Below, piece by piece: positions 58,614 to 64,000 of a stretch of DNA of 64,000 bases. The translations under genes were made by a program, and so were the position numbers. The notes under the pieces were generated by a model that did no database searches, was not told the origin of the DNA, and saw only the letters and a list, made by a program, of their open reading frames with translations. This DNA comes from Lachnospiraceae bacterium (GTDB lineage Bacteria > Bacillota > Clostridia > Lachnospirales > Lachnospiraceae): contig JAZLJJ010000011.1 of NCBI GenBank assembly GCA_045597325.1, forward strand, positions 14,426 to 78,425. The letters are read 5' to 3'. Within the stretch, counting starts at the first letter, position 1. Every line of letters starts with the position of its first letter.

Positions 58614-60110
58614 ATGAATATGGATGAGGAAACCCTCGTCTCAACGGAGGTCGAGGAGAACAAAAACCTGTTGACGGAACCGGAGAAAACAGCTTCGGAG
58701 TCGACAGAGCCGGCAGAACCGGCAATCAGGGAGGCGGATGAGGACGAAGTATTCTTTGACAAAGAGGAAGCCATCCGACTTCTGGACGAGAAACAGTATG
58801 CGGCTTTGAGAATGCTGCTTCGGGAAGCGGAGCCGGCCGATATTGCGGAATTGTACGAAGATATTTCCAAGCAGCAGTATGCGGTTATTTTCCGCATTTT
58901 GCCCAAGGAACTTGCAGCGGAAGTATTTGTTGAGCTGGACAGTGATTTCCAGCAGATTTTGATTGAATCGTTCAGTGATGTCGAATTGCGGGATGTCCTG
59001 AATGAGCTGTATATGGATGATGCGGCCGACCTGGTTGAGGAAATGCCCGCCAACGTGGTGAAACGTATTCTTCAGAACTCGAAGCCGGATATGCGGAAAA
59101 CGGTCAATGAACTGTTGAAGTATCCGGAGGACAGTGCCGGAAGCATTATGACAACCGAGTTTGTCCGGTTGAAATCGGATTTGACGGTGGATGAGGCATT
59201 TGCCTATATCCGGCAGGTCGCAATCGACAAGGAGACCATTTATACCTGTTATGTTACCGACAAAATCAGCAGGCTGATCGGCGTGGTAACGGTCAAGGAT
59301 TTGCTCCTGGCGGAACGCAGCAAGGTCATTTCCGAGATTATGGAAGAACATGTCGTCAGCGTGAATACGTTGGACGATAAGGAAGACGTGGCTGCGACAA
59401 TCAGTAAGTATGATGCACTGGCCCTGCCGGTTGTGGATGCGGAAAATCGTCTGGTCGGTATTGTCACCGTCGATGATGCGATCGATGTCATGCAGGATGA
59501 GACGGAAGAGGACTTCGCGAAAATGAACGCTATGCTCCCTACCGAGAAACCGTATTTGCGTACGAATCCGTGGGAGTTGTACCGGTCGAGAATCATTTGG
59601 CTGTTGCTGCTCATGATTTCCGCAACGTTTACGGGAATGATTATTTCATCATTCCAAAATGCACTGGCGGCACAGGTCGTGCTGACGGCATTTATTCCGA
59701 TGCTGATGGACACCGGCGGAAATTCCGGAAGTCAGGCGAGTGTTACGGTGATTCGTGCCTTGTCGCTCGGCGAGGTGGAATTCGGTGATATCGCGAAGGT
59801 AATCTGGAAAGAAATCCGGGTGGCCCTGATGTGCGGCGGCAGTCTGGCGGTGGTTTCTTTCGGTAAGATTTTTTTGGTGGATAAGATTTTGATGGGACAG
59901 CCGATTACGGTAACGATTGCGTTGGTTGTCTGTCTGACTCTGATGGTTACGGTGGTTGCGGCGAAGCTGTTGGGATGCACACTGCCGTTGATTGTAAGCA
60001 AACTCGGATTTGACCCGGCGGTAATGGCAAGTCCGTTTATTACTACGATTGTGGATGCGGTTTCGTTGTTTGTATTCTTTGGCTTGGCCACCATGATTAT
60101 GGGAATTTAG
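58614..60110 (+). CDS. mgtE: magnesium transporter MgtE
   Basis: Acidic N-terminus, MgtE-N domain, two CBS domains, and a TM domain with IPMLMDTGGNSGSQ. Confidence 0.92.
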   Translation: MNMDEETLVSTEVEENKNLLTEPEKTASESTEPAEPAIREADEDEVFFDKEEAIRLLDEKQYAALRMLLREAEPADIAELYEDISKQQYAVIFRILPKELAAEVFVELDSDFQQILIESFSDVELRDVLNELYMDDAADLVEEMPANVVKRILQNSKPDMRKTVNELLKYPEDSAGSIMTTEFVRLKSDLTVDEAFAYIRQVAIDKETIYTCYVTDKISRLIGVVTVKDLLLAERSKVISEIMEEHVVSVNTLDDKEDVAATISKYDALALPVVDAENRLVGIVTVDDAIDVMQDETEEDFAKMNAMLPTEKPYLRTNPWELYRSRIIWLLLLMISATFTGMIISSFQNALAAQVVLTAFIPMLMDTGGNSGSQASVTVIRALSLGEVEFGDIAKVIWKEIRVALMCGGSLAVVSFGKIFLVDKILMGQPITVTIALVVCLTLMVTVVAAKLLGCTLPLIVSKLGFDPAVMASPFITTIVDAVSLFVFFGLATMIMGI

Positions 60111-60156
60111 GAATATGAACCGACTGCAAAGTTGATAAAGGAGGTACTGCGGCAAG

Positions 60157-61236
60157 GTGGAAGATCGTCGTCAAAAACTGTATAAGCACTTTTTGATTTT
60201 GATGTTGCTGGTTACGTTTCTGATTTTGTTCGTAACTTTTTGCCAGTATTTTCTCATTATCAAAATCAATAAGGAATACGCGGATATTACACTGAGCAGT
60301 TTCCTGCAGTATTATGTGGAAATACCGGCGGTGATTTACGGCGTTTCGTATATCGCCATGTGTTTTATACTGGATTCGCCGAATATTGCGTACAAATGGA
60401 AAGACCTTACCACAATTTTGTATTTGTGGATTTTATGTACGGTTATCTGTTTTGTAGGAAGCTATTCGCCGTCCATTTTCGGATGTTATTGTGTTCCGAT
60501 TGTGATGTCTACGATTTACGGGCGGCGCAAACTGTGTCGAATCACAGAGTCCCTTTGCGTTGTGACGCTGACGCAGTTTATGGGAACGGCGAGACTGATT
60601 CGAACCTGTACGGAACGAAGCGGTCTGCATGTCGGAATTGCGGTTCTGTTCCTGCTTGTATTCATTTTGTGCAATGAAATTCTGCTGGAATTTGTATTGG
60701 ACAACAATGACGAGATTCAGACTCACATGGATGATAAATCCAGACTTGCGATGAAACTCCAGAGAGAGCCGATGACGGGTCTTTACAACCATACGGCATT
60801 TTACGAATACCTGAACGAGTGCGTCAAAAAACGCGGTGAATCCCCGTTGACGCTGGCGGTTGTGGATATCGATAATTTCAAGAAAATCAATGATACATAC
60901 GGACACAATAACGGAGATGAGGTCATTTTGAATCTGGCCAGAACGCTGCAGAAATGGTGTGACGACTCCAATAATTACGTATGCCGGTACGGCGGCGAAG
61001 AGTTTGCGGTCATTTTCCCGAATGTGAAGGTGAAGCAGGCAAAGGAAGCCATGGAGCACGTACTGGAGGATTTCCGAAATACCACGTACAGCTGGCTGGA
61101 CGGAAACATCACGTTCAGCTGCGGCATTTTCCAGTTAAGCTCTTATACGATGACGGCCGATGAATTCTTTAAAGTGGCGGACAAGATGCTGTACAGTGCG
61201 AAGCACAACGGAAAGAACCAGTGTGTCAGCGGCTGA
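60157..61236 (+). CDS. membrane-bound diguanylate cyclase (GGDEF)
   Basis: About 5 TM helices. TGLYNH...VDIDNFKKINDTYGH..GD...RYGGEEFAVIF (intact GGEEF). GTG start. Confidence 0.88.
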   Translation: MEDRRQKLYKHFLILMLLVTFLILFVTFCQYFLIIKINKEYADITLSSFLQYYVEIPAVIYGVSYIAMCFILDSPNIAYKWKDLTTILYLWILCTVICFVGSYSPSIFGCYCVPIVMSTIYGRRKLCRITESLCVVTLTQFMGTARLIRTCTERSGLHVGIAVLFLLVFILCNEILLEFVLDNNDEIQTHMDDKSRLAMKLQREPMTGLYNHTAFYEYLNECVKKRGESPLTLAVVDIDNFKKINDTYGHNNGDEVILNLARTLQKWCDDSNNYVCRYGGEEFAVIFPNVKVKQAKEAMEHVLEDFRNTTYSWLDGNITFSCGIFQLSSYTMTADEFFKVADKMLYSAKHNGKNQCVSG

Positions 61237-61314
61237 CCGGAAACGGAAAAGGCTGACCGGAAACGGAAACCGGCTGACCGGAAACGGAAAAAGGCTGACC
61301 GAAAACGGAAAACT
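61231..61314. repeat. tandem repeat, 20-22 bp x 4, whose first unit contains the GGDEF-gene stop codon
   Basis: GGCTGACCGGAAACGGAAAA at 61231, 61251, 61272 and 61293. TGA 61234-61236 is the stop. Confidence 0.95.
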
Positions 61315-61328
61315 GAAAAACAGGAACA

Positions 61329-61365
61329 AAATGTCCGGCCGGAATATGCCGGACATTTGTGTTTT
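61329..61365 (+). terminator. rho-independent terminator
   Basis: AAATGTCCGGC-CGGAATAT-GCCGGACATTT followed by GTGTTTT. Confidence 0.8.
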
Positions 61366-61462
61366 GAAAACTTTTTGTGTTCGGACTTTACTTTTGAATT
61401 GCGGTTTGATACAATGAATAAGCTGTTTTATAGCAGTAACGAGAATACAGAAAAGGATAAGA

Positions 61463-62815
61463 ATGAGTATGAAGAAAGCAGTTCTGATTGCAATGTTTGC
61501 AGCAACCATGCTGGTTTTGTGTGCTTGCGGCAAAAGTTCGAATAATACAACAAACAATACGTCATCCGTAACACCGGGCGGAACGACGACGCAGCCGGCT
61601 TCGGTACAGTTTTTCCATGAATGCGGCGGCGAGATGAAACTCGGTGAATACAAAGGTATCACCTATGATATTGTCACATACGAAATCAAAGACGAGGATT
61701 TGGATCAGCAGATTAAGGAATTCATGACCAAGTACCCCAATTATGTTAAGGACGATACCCGTGACAATACCGAAGTAAAAGACGGCGATACCCTGAATAT
61801 TGATTATTCGGGAAGAGTCGGCGAGGTTGTATTTGACGGCGGTACCGCAAAGGATCAGTTCCTGACAATCGGTTCCAATCAGTTTATTGACGGCTTTGAA
61901 TCTTCCCTGATCGGTAAGAAGGTCGGTGAAACCGTGGACATTGATGTGACGTTCCCGAACCCTTATCCGAACAATCCGGATTTGGCCGGTGCGGCAGCTG
62001 CATTTACGGTTACCATCAATTATGTCGGAAAGGCACAGGAAGACATTGACGATGCTTACGTCAAGAAGTATTTCTCTCCGACCGCGGAAGATGTTGCTAC
62101 ATTGAAAGCAAAGCTCAAAGAGCAGATGGAAATCAGCGCGAAGGAAGATGCAGAGGATTACGAGCTGTCTCAGGTAATCAAGAAGATTATCAGCAATTCC
62201 GAGTTTACCAAGATTGATCAGGCCGATGTGGATTTCTATTACGAACAAAGTGTTCTGCAGTATCAGCAGGTTGCCAATCAGTACGGAGTAACTCTGGAAA
62301 TGGTGGTAACCCAGCTTACGGGCGAGTATGAAAACTTTGATGAGTTTAAGAAGAAAATGACGAGTGACGCCCAGGAAGTTGTTAAACAGTTTATGGTTCT
62401 GGAAGCAATTATCGAGGCGGAACAGATTACCGTTTCCGATGAAGAATACGCAAAGTGCCTGCAGGATTATAAAGAGCGTGTCGGTGTTTCGGCACAGTAC
62501 TCCGATGCGGAGTTTGAGAAAATGGTCGGCAAGGATTACATCCATTATTGCGCATTGACCGATAAGGCACTGGATTTCATTTATGACAATGCCAAGGGCG
62601 TTGAGAAACAGCCTGCGGAAGGCGGCGAGAATGCGGAATCCGGCGAGAACGGTGAAGGCGGCGAGAACGCTGAAGGCGGCGAGAACGGTGAATCCGGCGA
62701 GAACGCGGAATCCGGCGAGAACGCGGAAGGCGGCGAGAATGCGGAAGGCGGCGAGAACGCTGAAGGCGGCGAGAACGCTGAGAACGCCGTAACCACTGAG
62801 AACGGCGAAAACTAA
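61463..62815 (+). CDS. trigger-factor-like FKBP PPIase with a lipoprotein signal peptide and an acidic C-terminal repeat tail
   Basis: Lipobox LVLCACG. TF-type PPIase DGDTLNIDYSGRVGEVVFDGGTA...FIDGFESSLIGKKVGE...VTFP. TF C-terminal domain. No N-terminal ribosome-binding domain. Nine 18-bp repeats encode E(G/S)GEN(A/G). Confidence 0.75.
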   Translation: MSMKKAVLIAMFAATMLVLCACGKSSNNTTNNTSSVTPGGTTTQPASVQFFHECGGEMKLGEYKGITYDIVTYEIKDEDLDQQIKEFMTKYPNYVKDDTRDNTEVKDGDTLNIDYSGRVGEVVFDGGTAKDQFLTIGSNQFIDGFESSLIGKKVGETVDIDVTFPNPYPNNPDLAGAAAAFTVTINYVGKAQEDIDDAYVKKYFSPTAEDVATLKAKLKEQMEISAKEDAEDYELSQVIKKIISNSEFTKIDQADVDFYYEQSVLQYQQVANQYGVTLEMVVTQLTGEYENFDEFKKKMTSDAQEVVKQFMVLEAIIEAEQITVSDEEYAKCLQDYKERVGVSAQYSDAEFEKMVGKDYIHYCALTDKALDFIYDNAKGVEKQPAEGGENAESGENGEGGENAEGGENGESGENAESGENAEGGENAEGGENAEGGENAENAVTTENGEN

Positions 62816-62842
62816 GCATCCGAACAGTAACAGAAATGACAG

Positions 62843-62878
62843 AAGACCCTTCGAAACGGAAAGGGTCTTCTTTTTTTT
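62843..62878 (+). terminator. rho-independent terminator
   Basis: GAAGACCCTT-CGAAACGGA-AAGGGTCTTC followed by T8. Confidence 0.9.
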
Positions 62879-63043
62879 CTTGCACATCGCCTGTTTCATG
62901 GTATACTGTGAGGGTGGGAAGTCGTCCGGAGAGGTATCATTTGGCTGAAGAAGCAGAGAAAATGAGGAAATCCGGAAGTTTACCGGAACAGGGCTTCAAA
63001 AACGACAGGAAGGAACGCGCGGCAACGGGCTGCGGAAGTGTGT

Positions 63044-64000
63044 ATGGACAAAAATGAAACAATCGCAGTCGGAATTTCGGGCGGAGTGGATTCTGCGGTG
63101 GCGGCGTATTTGCTGAAGCAGCAGGGCTATCATGTCATCGGGGTGACGATGCAGGTATGGCACGGGACCGGAGCGGAAGAACATGAAAATGTGACAGCCA
63201 TGAAACGGGACGCGGAGGAAGTGTGCCGACTGATTGGAATCGAACATCGCATGGTTACGATGGAATCCTGTTTTGAAGACTGTGTGGTAAAGCGGTTCCT
63301 GAGCGATTATTTGAGAGGGCGAACCCCGAACCCGTGCGTCATTTGCAATTATGCGGTGAAATGGAGAGCGTTGCGGGAGGCTGCCGATTCGGTGGGGGCA
63401 ACCCTGGTCGGAACCGGCCATTATGCGGCAATTCGGGAACTTGACAACGGACGGAAGGCGGTGGCGGTCGGAAAGGACCGTTCCAAGGATCAGACATACA
63501 TGCTGTACCGCCTGTCGCAGGAACAGTTGAATCAGACAAGGATGCCGCTGGCGGATTATACCAAAGAAGAAATCCGGGATCTGGCGCGCTCCATCGGGCT
63601 GTCGGTTGCCGACAAATCGGACAGCCAGGAAATCTGCTTTATACCGGATGATGATTATGCCGGATTTTTGGAAATGCAGGCGGAGCGGTTTGCAATGCAA
63701 ATGCCGCCGGCCGAAGGAAATTTTGTGGGAACGGACGGAACGGTGTTGGGAAAACACAAGGGCATTTGGCACTATACCGTAGGTCAGCGAAAAGGACTGG
63801 ATATCGCTCTGGGACATCCGGTTTATGTGGTTGCCATACGTCCGGAGAGCAACGAAGTGGTACTTGGAAATGCTGACGAAGTGTTCTGCAGGGAACTGAT
63901 TGCCGGGGAAGTCTTTTGCCAGGGAATCGGGACGGTATCGGAACCGATTTCCGCTGTGGCAAGGATTCGGTACGCCCATCGCGGTGCAAATTGTACGGTA
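63044..64000 (+). CDS. mnmA: tRNA 2-thiouridine(34) synthase MnmA (3' end beyond the window)
   Basis: My own translation from ATG 63044: MDKNETIAVGISGGVDSAVAAYLL (PP-loop), GRTPNPCVICN, GTGHYA, KDQTYML. The frame stays open to the window end. It is absent from the ORF track because no stop is reached. Confidence 0.9.
   Translation, partial: MDKNETIAVGISGGVDSAVAAYLLKQQGYHVIGVTMQVWHGTGAEEHENVTAMKRDAEEVCRLIGIEHRMVTMESCFEDCVVKRFLSDYLRGRTPNPCVICNYAVKWRALREAADSVGATLVGTGHYAAIRELDNGRKAVAVGKDRSKDQTYMLYRLSQEQLNQTRMPLADYTKEEIRDLARSIGLSVADKSDSQEICFIPDDDYAGFLEMQAERFAMQMPPAEGNFVGTDGTVLGKHKGIWHYTVGQRKGLDIALGHPVYVVAIRPESNEVVLGNADEVFCRELIAGEVFCQGIGTVSEPISAVARIRYAHRGANCTV

Noticed and set aside
62577-62899. 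Several overlapping ORFs on both strands over the 18-bp repeat block (RRLPRSRR..., SAFSPPSAF...).
   Set aside because: These are alternative-frame translations of the (GGCGAGAAYGCN) repeats that belong to the C-terminal tail of the trigger-factor-like gene.

Overview
This window looks like a chromosomal segment of a Gram-positive, Clostridia-like genome. The taxonomic hint comes from the uvrC-hprK-glk-murB-whiA-crh cluster, a perfect CIRCE operator, a DUF285/BspA-type LRR surface protein and several c-di-GMP proteins. All gene identities are from motif recognition by eye. No searches or computations were run.

Content: about 50 protein genes, mostly on the + strand, and 4 tRNAs. Housekeeping genes include glgB, a GH13 debranching enzyme, an MscS channel, type III glutamine synthetase, an ABC-F ATPase, dus, htpG, hisH/hisF, ung, a Sir2 deacylase, ftsH, deoC/deoD, trpS, asnA, azlCD, mgtE and mnmA (3' end truncated by the window). 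There are also an OmpR-type two-component system, a GH30/SGNH carbohydrate pair and two lipoprotein PPIases.

Three things are not explained by ordinary annotation:
1. Six same-orientation copies of a nearly identical, highly structured ~130-nt intergenic element. Each copy starts exactly at the T-tract of a terminator, and one copy carries compensatory stem changes.
2. Locus-specific tandem repeats (20-70 bp periods, 2-4 units) lie directly behind the stop codons of at least eight unrelated genes. In five cases they re-iterate the last codons plus the stop codon.
3. A ~7-kb accessory island (35.2-42.6 kb) is bracketed by two copies of the 130-nt element. It holds a BspA-like surface protein, a ~950-bp internal segmental duplication, a LytTR regulator with an apparently split or permuted AgrC-like kinase, and a frameshifted lipoprotein gene carrying a canonical -1 slippery heptamer.

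Smaller oddities: a tRNA-Pro with an AGG (A34) anticodon, CIRCE in front of htpG, an in-frame TGA in azlC, a His15-less HPr (Crh-like), a trigger-factor-like lipoprotein, and an ABC-F with a degenerate second P-loop.
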